Source: Podarcis erhardii (Eukaryota). Taken from it: DNA of 64,000 bases. The number at the start of each line of letters is the position of its first letter. The stretch's first letter is position 1. Of this stretch, positions 23,614-37,063 are shown in pieces. The position numbers and the translations under genes were made by a program. The stretch is taken from assembly GCA_964252035.1 (NCBI GenBank), contig OZ176202.1; one strand, given 5' to 3'. The notes under the pieces were generated by a model that was given only the letters and a program-made list of their open reading frames with translations, was not told where the DNA came from and made no database searches.

Positions 23614-25484
23614 CTTTTTTCCCTGCAGTTTTCAAGCTTGAGGGAGAAAGAGAAGAAGGAAAGCGAAACATTATGTGGTAATTACGATAACTGCAATCCT
23701 AAAAACTGACCTGTGGTGCTGGAGGGGGTTAAGATTGAAGGGATTCCCCTGTCCACTGTTGTCTACCACTTGGGACACCCCCACAGAAAGCTGAAACTAT
23801 GGAAAGTGAGGCAGTGGAAATACTGTTGCCATCAGTGCTCCCAACAGCAGTACCCAGTGTAAGACACTGAAACAGAGCATTTTGAGAGCTGGGGCCATGG
23901 ACCTGCTCAGTCCTACCTCAGTCCATTTCCCCAGCCTGGGCCAGCCTGATACTGGTGCAGCAGGAAGAAGAAAAAGCAAAAGCAAACGCTCCTTCACCAA
24001 CCTTCCGGCTTGGCCTGGGCTGGCTGAGGCTGTGGGGTAGTAGAACCCACATCTCCATACCTCTCTATGGCCCCTCTTGTTCTGTGAGTAGCAATTAGTA
24101 AATAATTTGGGCAATAGTTAAAATGGCTAAGTTTTATACAGCTGAAGAAAAATTATACTGATAACTAGCCAGGGTTTTATTTTTATTATATATATATATA
24201 ACAGGAGGGTGAACATTTGTAGGGAACAGTCTGTTTACAGTTACAAGTGGCAGTCGACACAAAATCTGTTACCTCTTGTGCTCAGAGTGCCTAAGTGTTG
24301 ATGATGAACTGCCAGCACAGTCAATTAAGCTGTCCGAGATAGGCAGCATTTGCTTCATGTTTATCTCACAAGCACGCAGGAGCATTCTCATTTGCCATAA
24401 ATAAGGGTACCTTAAACTGTCAGGACAGAAGACTACCCACACAGTGCTTCTAAGACAGGCATGCTTTCCTGAAGATAGCAAGGATTGAACCAAGGGAATC
24501 ACAGACGTGCAGTATGTATCTTGCAGAAGCCACAGTGTGAAAGTTGCTTCCCTGTGGCTTCTTTCCACATCGCAGCAGTAACATGTGCCTGGCAGGGCCA
24601 CTGAGGGGTCCACACGGAGGTGACAGCCATGAGCCTAGTTGGCCCTGCAGCCTCTTGCCCACCAGGAAAAGCTCTCCATCTCCTTCGCTCTTAGAGAAAA
24701 GCAGGGAGGTGGAGGCAAAGAATCCCAGTGCCAATACTAAAGACGCAGCAAAAGAAAGAAAAAAAATCAAGCGGTGGGGGGGCGGGCGGAGGGGAGAGAC
24801 TATTGCTACTAACAGCAGCTGCAAAACAACAAAAAGTAAGCCTTAGGAGGAGATGCAGAGAAATGTGTTTACTGAGGGTTTTTTCATATGCAATGTGTAA
24901 GTTTACTGTCAATGCACTGGTAGCAGTTGGATGGATTTGTACAATGGTGGAATTCAGTGTAAAACAGGAACACTTCCACATGCTTGGTGAATCAGCAGCT
25001 GGTTTCTCCACATATTAAATGGCGACTCTCCACAGGGAGACTGAAGAGGAGCCACGGCCACTACTGGGCCAGGCAGGGGGTAGGTGAAGGCAACAAGGAG
25101 CCCAAACAGTAAGATTTGTCCGGCTCCACACACTTCCCTAGGGACGGCCTTGCGTGTGCATGAAGGAACCATATTCACTGCTCAGTGTTCCTTCATATAT
25201 ATGTTATGGGAGCTGTTTTGGAAGAAGTCTCAAGAAAGCAGCACCCGCCCTCCTGTCAAAATGGGCATGACCAAACCAGAGAAGTTTTATCTTCTTTATT
25301 TCTTTCTCTCCTCAGTTATGCTATACATGATGGTTGAGACTTCCTGAAGGAAATTACCTGAAAACACCTAAAATTAACATTTAGACACTCTGCCAAAACT
25401 CCAAGACCAGCATAAGGTAACCCCACACGCACCAAAAGAAAGGTTTCACTCTGAAGTTTCTGAAAAGAAAGTAGGAGTACTAAC

Positions 25485-25678
25485 CTGTTCTCAATCTGAG
25501 AATGAACATTCTGCCATCTCTCAGTCAGCTGATCTGCTTTCTCTTTGTGCCAGTCAAAGTCGAGATCACGTTCCTTGTGTGTTTTAAACATCTGATCACT
25601 AATTGCTTTAGCTTTCTGGAGTTCGTCTTCTAGAGCATGGAATACTTCTCTTTTTACATCAACCTCAGATCTCCATTG
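25485..25678 (-). CDS. DST: DST exon [24 protein letters not shown]...QIEN(R)
   Basis: gtaccag|CAA...AAC AG|gttagt; 194 nt, phase 0 to 2. Confidence 0.96.
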
Positions 25679-26116
25679 CTGGTACACAAAACATGTGACA
25701 TCTCAATACAGATCCTAATGCTGCTGTTTCAAATCAATATGCATCATTACTAACTAATGCATCATATTACTAATTAGTAATAGGGTATCCATGCAGGAAA
25801 CAAACAAAGCACCCGAATTTTCAGTGAAATGCTATAAAAAATGGTTTTGTATTTGCACCATTACTGCTTCTGTAACTATAACGAAGAGGAATACTTTGCT
25901 AATTATAAGCATAGCTAAGATTATCTCTCATGCGGCTAATCTTCCCTGGTCTTCCTCTTCTCAGCAGCTAAGGAAAATTAGCTGCATAAGAAGGAAGGGA
26001 AAAGGCTGCATTCTTTCCTCGTATAATTTGGCTGTGTTTTTCTTTTCTGAAGAACCATATGGGAAGGAAAGGGACCAGTGACTGCTTCAGGATCCTCCAT
26101 CTTTTGTTGCCTATAA

Positions 26117-26250
26117 CAGGGATAAAGAACCTCCAAATGTTGTTGGACTATAACACCCATCATCATCCCTGACCATTGGCCATGCAGGCTGAGGCTGATG
26201 AGAGTTACGAGTCCAGCAACATCGGGAGGAGGACAGGTTCCTAATCCCTG
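26117..26250. mobile_element. Palindromic MITE, same broad family
   Basis: TIR cagggataaagaacct/aggttcctaatccctg; degenerate TSD gcctataa/ccctatag. Confidence 0.75.
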
Positions 26251-26531
26251 CCCTATAGGGATGCGAGGGAAACCTCAGGATTCTAAACTTCTGGTCTTCT
26301 TTCCACAAGATGGTGTAATATGCAGCTCAGCTCTTAGCTAAGTGTTACTGGGAAATGACATAATAATCAACATTCATTCTAATTCTCAATATTTGACCAG
26401 TCAACTGGCCACATCTCAATGCCACTCATGTTACTTCATTTTCATTCTTCTTAAGGCCAAACAGAAGGCAGGTGATTCAAGACAGATAAAATAAAGTACT
26501 TCTTCTAAAGTACTACCTTGTTAAACTATCG

Positions 26532-26677
26532 AATTTGCTCCCACAGGAAGCAATGAGGGCCACCAACTTGGATACAGGAAGTTTAGACAAATTCATGGAA
26601 GAGAAGCCTATTGATGGCAATGCTCTGTCTCCAAGGTCAGAGACAGTAATGCTTCTGAATACCAGTTTCTGAAAACC
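26532..26677 (+). mobile_element. CR1 LINE 3' fragment (other short CR1 3' pieces at about 50590-50650 and 54790-54870)
   Basis: ccaccaacttggat...ttagacaaattcatggaagagaag...gcttctgaataccagtt. Confidence 0.7.
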
Positions 26678-26747
26678 ATAGGATATATATATTACTTAAA
26701 AGCACACCTATTTCTCATTATTATTTTTCTGTACATCATAAGAATAC

Positions 26748-26886
26748 CTTCAACGTAGCCATAAGGTTCTCAATATTGCTCTTGTCAGCAGTTAATGGTT
26801 CTTCCTCACATAGTTTAGTCTCATAGAGTTTTACCAGTGCTTCAGCTCCTTGAGTGTTTTTCAGCACCAAATTTATAGTTTTTAAC
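26748..26886 (-). CDS. DST: DST exon (K)[29 protein letters not shown]...MATLK
   Basis: ttgtttcag|G TTA...AAG|gtattc; 139 nt. Confidence 0.96.
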
Positions 26887-27204
26887 CTGAAACAAAAGGG
26901 ATCAATTGTCATTCATAATTTCCAAATAGTTCTAAAGTTTTAAAACTTGTTTTAGTACATGAAGACTATACGACTAAGATCATTCTTCTATTTGTTTGTT
27001 TGTGCAAATTTATTTCTGGCCTTTCAACTTTATAAACACTTTCAAGGTGGCCATATGAAATTCTGTATCTATTATTCAATTCAACAAAATATTCAAAACT
27101 GTGAATATACTCAGCTTCCCCTCCAAGCACACGCTACATCATCCTATCAAATGATGATGATGAAAAAGTGTTACAAAATGTGAATGACTTGATGGCTTAC
27201 TTAC

Positions 27205-27383
27205 TTTTCTATGTAAATGGAAGACATGGAGTAAACCTGATTCATATTTTGAATTACAAGGTTAAGCTCCGACCGCAGAGTAGGAACTGAGGGCGAACCA
27301 GCAGCTTGACTGAAAAAATCATCGCATTTGTCTGTGATTGTTTCCAAGTCCTCCTTGAGTCGATCCAAATCCTTCTTCAGTTT
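27205..27383 (-). CDS. DST: DST exon [30 protein letters not shown]...IYIE(K)
   Basis: ctgtag|AAA...GAA AA|gtaagt; 179 nt. Confidence 0.96.
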
Positions 27384-28370
27384 CTACAGAACCAAAGATG
27401 AAATGTTTTTCTCCCATAGCAAGCAGCAGTTCTCAAACAATCATAATAAGCATCCTTAGGTCAAGAAACACTAACACTATAGAAGATAATATGAGCAAAG
27501 GGTTATAGGACCCTTTGGAGCAGCATGAGAGGCTACAGGGGAAAGAGGAAATCACAAAAACTGCCCTGCCTTTGTACCCCTGTGGGGAACCTCCACTGAA
27601 TCTCAGTTCCTTCTGAACATAGCTGTCAACGTTTCCCTTTTTCAAGGGAAATTCTCTTATTCCAAATAGGATTCCTTACAAGAAAAGGGAAAAGTTGACA
27701 GTTATGCTTCTGAAATTGAAATGAGCCCTTCCATTTTTCTAAATTACTTTTTATTGGGGTTTTTGTGTTACAAAACAAACAGATAAACAGTGAACGGTGC
27801 ATCTATTGTCTCCACTTTCAATTCTTTGTCTTTTTCACAGTTCGTTTACGTTTGTTGAGAGACATTTTTGTCATAGACATCTTGCTGTTGGGGGAAAGGG
27901 GAGGTGGGGAGAGAGATGGGGATATCATTCTTTCATTCTATTACCTATTCTTAGTGTAGGGGGGTTGTGTCCTTCCATTGTTTGTTTGCCCTTCCATTTG
28001 CTGAGGACTAGCTAGGGTTCAAGCCAGTAAAAGCAAAACTAGTTAATCCAAGCTAGAACTCCAAAGTCGTAACCACTGCCACACAAAACCAAAAGACTTC
28101 TTTGATAAGATCCTTGCTCACTTTTATCTTCAAAAAACCAATAAATGAAGGCATTTGTAAACAGACTGCCCCCAAACCAACTGGTGGCTCAAATGTTTAC
28201 TTCACTTTAATTAGCTCTACAAGTGCACATTACTCGTTTTAATTTGTAGATGCAGCCATGCAGGTAATTGTAGCAGTCCCTTCTGAATAAGCTCTTTATG
28301 AGCTCATCATTACACGACTGTTACATTTCATGAGCTTTGGAGAGCCCACAGAGAAGCTCAGAAGACTCAC

Positions 28371-28528
28371 CTCTTGTTCAGAGATCCGAAATACACTTTC
28401 ATGTAAGTCATCTCTCTCCAGTGGGGTTCGAATCTGCCTAATCAAACGATCTTCACAATTCTCCAAACGAAGTCTCATATTTCGAACTTCTGAGATGTAT
28501 AGGTTGTAAATGGATTCTTCATGCTCCT
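28371..28528 (-). CDS. DST: DST exon (E)[52 protein letters not shown]
   Basis: ccttccaacag|AG...GAG|gtgagt; 158 nt, phase 1 to 0. Confidence 0.96.
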
Positions 28529-28634
28529 CTGTTGGAAGGAAATGGAAGAATGCAAGTAAGACCAAGTATATTTAATGTTCTTCTGCCACCACACAACAGA
28601 TATTCTAAAGTCACAGTGCTATAACCTTGTCTGC

Positions 28635-28788
28635 AGTCAAAACAAAAAATTCCTTCCAGTAGCACCTTAAAGACCAACTAAGTTAGTTCTAGGTATGAGC
28701 TTTCGTGTGCATGCACACGAAAGCTCATACCTAGAACTAACTTAGTTGGTCTTTAAGGTGCTACTGGAAGGAATTTTTTGTTTTGACT
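28635..28788. repeat. Perfect 154-bp palindrome, probably tail-to-tail Penelope-like element termini
   Basis: 77-bp arms, exact reverse complements with no loop, centre tgca|tgca at 28711/28712; adjoining cagaccaacacggctacc resembles lizard PLE ends as recalled. Confidence 0.9.
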
Positions 28789-30557
28789 ATGGCAGACCAA
28801 CACGGCTACCTATCTGTAACTTGTCTGCAGTGTCTCTGCTTCATCTAAAGGAAATGTGCAATTAACTTTAATGGGAAGTGGTCAAGAGGAGAAAGGAATG
28901 TGCTAACAATGTAGGGAGAAAAGGAAACATGTCTTCAAATTCTTGTTTCCATGGCTCTCTATCTCTCTCTTTTTTAAAGCTAATATGTTTGCTACAACTA
29001 TTAAAATATACAGAAACTGAAACTTACACTCCACGTATACTGAGACCTGCAGGTGTAGGGCAGTATATAAATTCAATAAATAAATAATATAAAAACCACC
29101 TTTCCATAAAATAATATACATTTTAAACCGGCAGAATATTGCCCACTCTGTGGCGTTTCACCATTCAAATTGGTCAAAAGCCAGTAAAGAATGCTCTTTA
29201 CCCCCAAAAAATCTATTTTAGTAACAAGTTTGAATGTATTTGAAAATTTTCAGATTGCTGTTAATTTAGACCCACAATTTCCCCAGCCAATCATATTTCA
29301 AAAGTACCTCTGTAAATTTGCAATAACAAGCATAAACAAATCTAGCAAACCACCCGCCTCCCCATTTCAAATAGATTTTCTCCCCAAGGGGAGATGTGGA
29401 AGTTCACAAATTGAGGTCACCTTGAGCATCTTCTCAAGTGGAGAAATGTAAGCATCATAACAGCAGGACACAAAATCAGCTTCTTACTTGCCATGTATCA
29501 TCATCATCATGTCTATATATGGGCATCCCCCCAAAAACTAATATGCACATCACTTTAGTCATAGGTATTATCATCCCATTTGTGTATGCACAGTGATTAA
29601 TTGGATTGTTTATGGTTCGTCCAGAGATGATTTCATAATAAGATGGTATTAAATCTATAGAAATGAGTCCCTTATCATTTTCTCCAGATACACAGTCGAG
29701 CACAGTATATCTCTGCTCCATACTTATATATTTACTTTAATCAGCTTTCATCTGTTATTGCATTCCTTTCTATATCAGCATCAGCCTGAATGCATAATAT
29801 AATACATCTATTCAGCTTTATGGAAGCATTTAAAGCTCAGTGATATCATATATTTTCAGAATGGAGATGGAATATCTACAACAGCAAGGAAGAACTTCAA
29901 AGACTTTTTTTTAAGCAGATACTCTTACTGTTTTTCCAAAGGATATAGGGTCCATTTATGACATACTTGCAGATTTATTTATTTTTTAAGGAGAGTTAGT
30001 AAACAAATGTAAGTGATGTGGTATGATACTCCTGGTATTTTATTTTGACAGGGAAAATATGTTCCTTGTACATTTGTGTGTAACAGTAACAGATGTTCTT
30101 CCTCTTATTGTGCAACCTGCCAAAATAATTGTTCTATTTACTCACACAAATTATTACCAGCTCATTTTAGGAACCCAATTGAGATCTTAGACTGTGTGCC
30201 AGAAAATGCACATTACATTTTCAGCAATTATGCAGGGGCACAAGTTCTTTTATCTGCAATATAACATTTCAATATTTGAATCAGTTCTGTGTGTTATGAA
30301 CAACAAAACAAACAGAAGGGGAGTCATGGGGAGATCAGCTCTTCTTTTTCCTTCCCATTTCATAAGTGATTTTCTCAGGAGCATCTGTGTTAATGACAGC
30401 TCACTGATTTCAAACAGACACAAAACAAGTATAGAGAGTTACAGTCAGCTGACCTATACCATGTGGGACGTGGGACACAGAATATCGCACTTCCTCTTCT
30501 GCTATTTGAAAAGCAACATCTTAATGTCTGAACTGACTCTGAGTGCTCACTGTTGTT

Positions 30558-30560
<3 letters not shown>

Positions 30561-30598
<38 letters not shown>

Positions 30599-30702
30599 TT
30601 TATTTATACCCCGCCCATCTGGCTGAGTTTCCCCAGCCACTCTGGGCAGTTCCCAATCAAGTGTTAAAAACAGTACAGCATTACATATTAAGAACTTCCC
30701 TG
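30561..30702 (-). mobile_element. L2 LINE 3' end with (AAT)n tail
   Basis: (AAT)n then tttataccccgcccatctggctgagtttccccagccactctgggc. Confidence 0.75.
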
Positions 30703-31048
30703 TTAGACCTATGTAATTGCTGACATGTACTACATATGCATGCCAAAAGCATACATGCCAAAGAGTGTGTCTGTTTTGAGAACACTGCAGCAGCAACTGT
30801 AGAAAAAAATAACAAATACTCATGCAAGCTGCTCATTTTTTCCATTTGACACTGTAAAAAAGAATGAGCCTTTGGACTTTCCCAACTCACGTCTTCCACT
30901 GGTATCTATCTCCCTCTCTGCTTCTGAAATGAGCACCGCCGTGAAAGAGCCACAGAAGTATAGTTCACACATGTAACATTGAAAGGGTGGTCAATATCAT
31001 AAGCATCTTGTATGGGAGACTTCTGCACAGTTGATGTGCTATATTTAC

Positions 31049-31232
31049 CTCTCTCTGCAGACTTAAGGAGCTCTTGGTAGTACTGCTTGCACACATTCAC
31101 CTCCCTTTCCAGCTGAGCAATGTCAGCAACTGAAAAGGCTTTGGACTCCTGGCTGTCTTCAAGGAAGTCATCAAAGCGGGACTGCAAGTTGCTTAAAACC
31201 TGCTGGTGTTCACCTGGCAAGAGTGTCTTTAT
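31049..31232 (-). CDS. DST: DST exon [29 protein letters not shown]...LLKSAER
   Basis: atttcctag|ATA...AGA G|gtaaat; 184 nt. Confidence 0.96.
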
Positions 31233-31883
31233 CTAGGAAATAATCAGGAGGGGTAATTAAAGTCTTCCTAACGCTGGACGCCATTTTATAAACCACATAC
31301 TGTTTTGTCAGTTTCTTTAGGCAGTGTTTTAATGTTCCAAAAAGGTAATACACATGTTGCTTTGTGAGGGCAACACATTGGAAGATGCCTGTAGAGGAAC
31401 TGCTCTTTAGTAACTAGAAGAAAAGTCAATTGCAATGACTCATTTCAATGAAATGCATACAGCAACTTTCAAATACATACAAGTTAAAAACCCACATAAA
31501 TGTCCTGGACACTCCAATGAGACCAGACAACATATGCTGGGTGTTTACAGACATTGACATATGCACATTTTAAGTGCTTAGTATAAGAAACACCAATACA
31601 ACACTGACATACCTTCAGCAATGATGCCTACTATGGAAAACATGGAGATTCCCACAATCTTAGCCTATCATGATATAAAGGGAGGTTTGTAGCTTCTGGA
31701 TGCAAGCAGCAAACTGTTGTTGCACAGATATAACACAGGAATACGGCACGTTACAGAACCAAATATTCGGGAACTGTGTGTGGCTACACTCAGCTTTAGC
31801 CACTATAGATAACTGCTTCCAAATCATGGAATATTAAGCTAGGTATGTTTTGTTATGAGTGCTGGAACAGGCACAGAACTTAC

Positions 31884-32010
31884 CGAAGCAACATTACTGG
31901 CTCGAACAGTTTCAATTTCATTTGTCAAATAGTGCCAGGAGACCACGCTCTTCATGTTTACATGTGATTCATGCCACAGGGCCAGGACATTCTGATATTG
32001 CTGTTCAATT
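31884..32010 (-). CDS. DST: DST exon (R)[42 protein letters not shown]
   Basis: catttcag|A ATT...TCG|gtaagt; 127 nt. Confidence 0.96.
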
Positions 32011-32187
32011 CTGAAATGCACAAAGAGGGGGTGGGGAATGACAGAGTCTAAATTAATGATTTGTCAAGTGGCAGTCAAAAGGGTACATGTTATAAATTTC
32101 CTGTACGCTGTGCATAGAAAAGCTCCTGGAAGGCAAATAAGATCAATAAGGATTTCCATGTTGTGTGCACGCTATGCCAGCGCTTAC

Positions 32188-32342
32188 CTGTTTGCAGTGT
32201 CTATTGCTTCTTTGTTGGGTGGAGGAACAGTAAAACAGACGGAGGGAACCATGGCCTCATTACCGCTTGGACTAATCACTTTCCATTTTGCCCGATGGGA
32301 GTTGCTTGCCAGTACACATTCATCATCTCTGTAAATGGTTAT
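32188..32342 (-). CDS. DST: DST plakin SH3 exon [51 protein letters not shown](R)
   Basis: aaccag|ATA...AAC AG|gtaagc; 155 nt. Confidence 0.96.
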
Positions 32343-32612
32343 CTGGTTTTCAACAGAAAGATCAGAAAATCTGAATCAGCGTAATATTCTTATATTGTTC
32401 TTACAGCACACTCCCTTGAACATGTGCCACTAGGAAAGTGACAGGGGAGCAAAACTGGGGGCTGGGGGGGGTGGGCAGGACCCAACAACTTAAGCCCCAA
32501 TTGGGAAGGCAGGGACTTGTTTCGTTTGGTAGGGAAGAGAATTCCAAGAACATGCCATTAACTGTCTTCATTAACTGCCCATAATTGATTTGAAGAAATC
32601 TAAGGTTCCAAC

Positions 32613-32765
32613 CTCAATTTGTCTATAGTCACAGATGGCTTTGATTGGGATGGATGTTTTCAGTGGATTATCTGGATTCCTCGGCTTCAGCTGAACTATT
32701 GTCTTTGCTCTCCCCACAAGGCCAGCCACTGTGTTCTTGTACTGCAGGAGCTGTTCTTTCTCTTC
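32613..32765 (-). CDS. DST: DST exon [51 protein letters not shown]
   Basis: cttttag|GAA...GAG|gttgga; 153 nt. Confidence 0.96.
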
Positions 32766-33665
32766 CTAAAAGCCAATTTATAAAGAAAACAAGAGGAGGG
32801 GAAACATTAGAAGCAGCTGCAAATTAAATGTGTTCTTCTTTGAAACTTAAAATATATTTTCTGCTATTTGTGGTATCTTACAAAGCATTGTTCACATAAA
32901 CCAGAATGGTATCTATGGTGCTATTAGTACTCTCTAACCACCACTGTTTATTAGGTCAACAGCCCTAGACGGCGATGGTCCATTTGTGTAATTCACCACG
33001 AAATAGTTGGGGGCAGCCATTTATGTCCCATTTTCAATAGTAAGGGCTATGAGGGGCAGAGCTTAATTCCTGTGCACTGCTTACCAATCACATTGAGAAA
33101 TAGTGGTAAAAATTCATGTCCCTGACCTAAGATTCTGTTTGTGAAGAGGATTAAATTTTTATTTTATGTAACTTCATGCTCTGCAAGCTGAAGATGTTCC
33201 CTGGCTGTTAGCCAGTGACTAATAATAATAATAAAAAGAACAGGATAGTTTCTATATCTGGGCATGTCCTAATCAGTTTACTGGCTTGTGGCCACTGTGC
33301 AATCTGTTGACACTAAAAGCCAGTCTATAGGTTGTCCAAAAGCCCCAAATCAGCCAAGAGCTGCAATTACTGCTCTTCTTCAGCGGTGGAAACAGAAAGG
33401 TACAGAATACTGCCAAAAATGGTCATCAGGAATTATGAGAAACATCTCATCCATATATTTCACTGACATTGTTTAAGATAATGAGCTTCTTGAACTATTA
33501 TTTTTGAAGCTAGAATTGTGAAAACAATGGTGATAAGATTAGTTCCCCTTAAGAAAGAACAATTTGTGATGAGACTTCCTTTACTTTTGGGTTCACTGTC
33601 TACCTTTAGTACTCTGCTAGCAGAGCACAAATGGCTTTAGCTGAGTATGTATGGATGATACCTAC

Positions 33666-33791
33666 CATTGACTCTTGGATCAGATCTTCCAGTTTATGAA
33701 TACTGCTGGACCTATCACAGCTGTATTTTCGATGAACAGCATCTCTTAAATTCTTCAAGTAATCTATGGCCTCTTTGGCGTCATTGAAAAA
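33666..33791 (-). CDS. DST: DST exon [42 protein letters not shown]
   Basis: cattctag|TTT...ATG|gtaggt; 126 nt. Confidence 0.96.
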
Positions 33792-34671
33792 CTAGAATGA
33801 AAAAAACACCTTTTGATTTAAAAAACACACCATTGCAAGCTCTGTCCTCAAGAGAGTAGTCAGTACAGCAGTCTGAAGCCCAGGCTGATAATCCAAAAGT
33901 GTGGTATACTTTCTTATTAGATAAAGGAGACATAAGTTTCTAAAATCAATTAGAAAACTAAATGAGCCCGTTCACCCCAGGGTCTCCAGTACCAAAGGGG
34001 ATAAAACCACCAGTCCTCTTTACCCACTGGGCTGCAAAGTTAACAACTCTCTCTGCCTTCAAACTTGCTGCTTACAACACTCTGCAATGCCTAGATACTT
34101 ATGAAGTTAACTGGGTACCCTTTTAATGATCTGTATATGCATTACTTCTTTGCAGTTGGGAAAAATAATAATTCCTGTACAGGGACTTTCTTTCCAGCGC
34201 AACCTGGGTAAGTTTCTTCTTCCCCTTCCTGTCCCTCTCCCGCCACTCACAGATGTTTTTCCTCATTGATGATTGTGGTGTGGTTTGTATTGTTTGAATA
34301 GAGAATTCAGAACATGCAGCAAAATAATAATTGCTTCCAAAATCAAGTGGGAAAGGTTACTCAATTTCTTGGCCCATTTGAACCACATGAAAATATTGGT
34401 GTGAAAAAAAGTAGCTTAAGCCCTTTAGTTCACATCCACTCTGAAAAAATATGCAACAAAACTCATAATAAAAACAACACAGCACTTTTTACAGACATCT
34501 GCAGCAGTAAAATAGGAAGTCCTGTGAAATGTGAAAATTCTGGTTTAGATTTATTGCAGGGTCAATATGCTATTATTTGGCACAAAAAAGCATTTAAAAA
34601 TCTTTTTCTTAATGCTGCTGTTAAGAGTTAAATCTGTGGTTACTCTACAATAATACCCATGTGTTACGTAC

Positions 34672-34767
34672 CTCAAAATATGCAGTGTTTTCTCTCAGAT
34701 GCTGTTCAACACATTGGCAAAGCTGCAAAATCCAGCTCCACTGTGTTTGCATTGCAGCTCGGTAGGC
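34672..34767 (-). CDS. DST: DST exon [32 protein letters not shown]
   Basis: tccctaag|GCC...GAG|gtacgt; 96 nt. Confidence 0.96.
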
Positions 34768-36608
34768 CTTAGGGATACAAGCAGAGGAAACAAGTCATGT
34801 TTCGCTGTGCAACAGAAGCAATTCAAATGAGGAAAGGGGGGGGGGAGATTTGAGGAATTGAAGCCCCTGCCCTGACCAATTTTCCTACTCAAATGCCTTC
34901 GACTTGTTATAACAGTAGGAAAAGAAATCACACCAGCCTCTCAAAATATCAAGTTCTCTACAAAAAGCAATAAAACTCTCTGAACAATTTACTTATTAAA
35001 ATAACTGTCATTTATAACTTGAATTTCTTGAATGCAGTATTTGTTCTATCCCTGCTATGGTAGAACAGTAATATTGTTGGCCAGCAGAGGCTGCTCTAAA
35101 TACTGTAGATTTAGAATTCTCCTCAAGCATCTCCCATGGAAACCAGTGGGTGCCTTGTTCTCTGTTAGAAGACGCATTTCAACTCAATTTGCTAAATACC
35201 CTACAGATAGTGAAATTGATCTGTTCTATCATTATGAAAACAAGCCACCGTAAAGACTCAGACTCACATGCTCCCCCCCTCTGCTGCACCTGCAAGAAGG
35301 TTTCTGAAAGCTTTCGCTTCTTTTTTTGATTACTTGCAGCTTGACGTTCCACCTGGAGCTAAGCTTTCCTATGGCTTGTTTGAAACAAGTCGAGCACAAA
35401 CCATGGAGTCATCAAGCTACCTTATTTCATCAAACCATAGTTAAAAGTTAACTTCCGTCTAGGGCTCAGACATCAGATTAAATTGTGGTTAATCAAAAGA
35501 GAAAGTTTCCAATCTCCTCACAGCTGCACCAGAGGTGGAAGAGGAAGTGTGTGGGTCCAAGATTTGTTCCAGCTAGTTCCTTCTCTAGATAAATGATGGT
35601 GCATTGTGACATCTGAATGCAGTCTGAATTAGTCTATAAATACAAACTTTTAAAGAGATACCAATAGGATATATCTAGTATTAATTTACATAGAAACACC
35701 CCCTCCAACATCAGCCCCAACAGTACTGCTTAATAGCCTGGAAATATCATAGAGCTTATCTGCTTGCATAAAAGCCTTATTGCTTCAGAGCACAAACCCT
35801 GCATGACTATCTGCTTTGTACACAACCTAGTTTCCTAACTGACAACCGCGTGATCACATTTGGAAGTCTGAAGGCACCTGTGGCAGTTAGCATGCATTTT
35901 AAAACCAAAACAGAAGCACTCATAAATTTCCAGGTGTTGTTTGGACGTTTGATGCATTTTGGACTAGAATCAAGTCACACTGTGTAGGCACACAACATGA
36001 TGCCAGTCTGAAATAAATTCAATGTCCAAACAATATCTGGAGTTTATGAGCAACAGCAAGTGCCTCAACTTCACACCTTAAATGGAAGCAATGAAACCTT
36101 TGCACGTAAGAAAGGCCCAGAAGTTCCCTGTCAAATGAAAACACAGAACCACTGCCCTGTCACAGGTTACAAAACTCAGCCTCACTGGAATATTGATGGG
36201 AACTGATGTAACATAGCTCTCAGTAAAGTGTCTAAGGCTGAGCATCTGATGGACAAAAGCATTAACAACAGAAATCTGGGATGGGGCCAAGGAGAAGGAT
36301 AGGAATGGAAAGTAATGGAGTATCTTGCAACAGGGTATGGTAGGCTGGCTGGACACTGGAACTGGCAAGAATGTCTGGCTGGCTAGCCCTTGGAATAGCA
36401 GCCCTCCACAAATGCTACATTTTGTTGTGGTCCCATTTATTTCATGTCATTGTCATGTCATGTCAAAATTAAGTGTATGCTGTTGCACTTTAAAGATAAA
36501 CACATTTGTTCTGACATAAGCTTTTGTGAACTACAATACACTGCAACAAATGCACGTAGGGATTGATGAATCTGTCTGTTTCAGTTTCTGTCAATTTCTC
36601 ATTTTTCC

Positions 36609-36610
<2 letters not shown>

Positions 36611-36656
<46 letters not shown>
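36611..36656. repeat. (TAT)n microsatellite
   Basis: Direct reading. Confidence 0.97.
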
Positions 36657-36661
<5 letters not shown>

Positions 36662-36958
36662 TGCACAGTATACCACACTTCAATATAAAAGTACAAAATA
36701 CATGATCAAAAACAAGAGGAAAGCCAACCAACCAATAACCCTCTCCCCGCTGTACAGTTGGGCAGTGGGTTTATGACATGTCTATGTAGAGCCTGACTGT
36801 GAAATCAAATAGTCTTATTTTACTGAACATTTTCTGGAAATGAAGCATGGGGATTACAGACTGCACCCAGAAAACAAGTCTATATTCTGTTTCAACAGCC
36901 CATAAAAAGAGCCTTGAGAGACTCTGTTTCTATTTCTAAGTTATGCTTAACAACCTAC

Positions 36959-37063
36959 CTCAATAGTTAGCCTTGCAGGGTGGTTTTCAAATAACAATTG
37001 TTCTGCTATTTCCTGAACAGATTTGATAATTTCTTCCTTCTGATCAAGTTCTCTCATCAGTTC
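36959..37063 (-). CDS. DST: DST exon [35 protein letters not shown]
   Basis: ttggaag|GAA...GAG|gtaggt; 105 nt. Confidence 0.95.
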
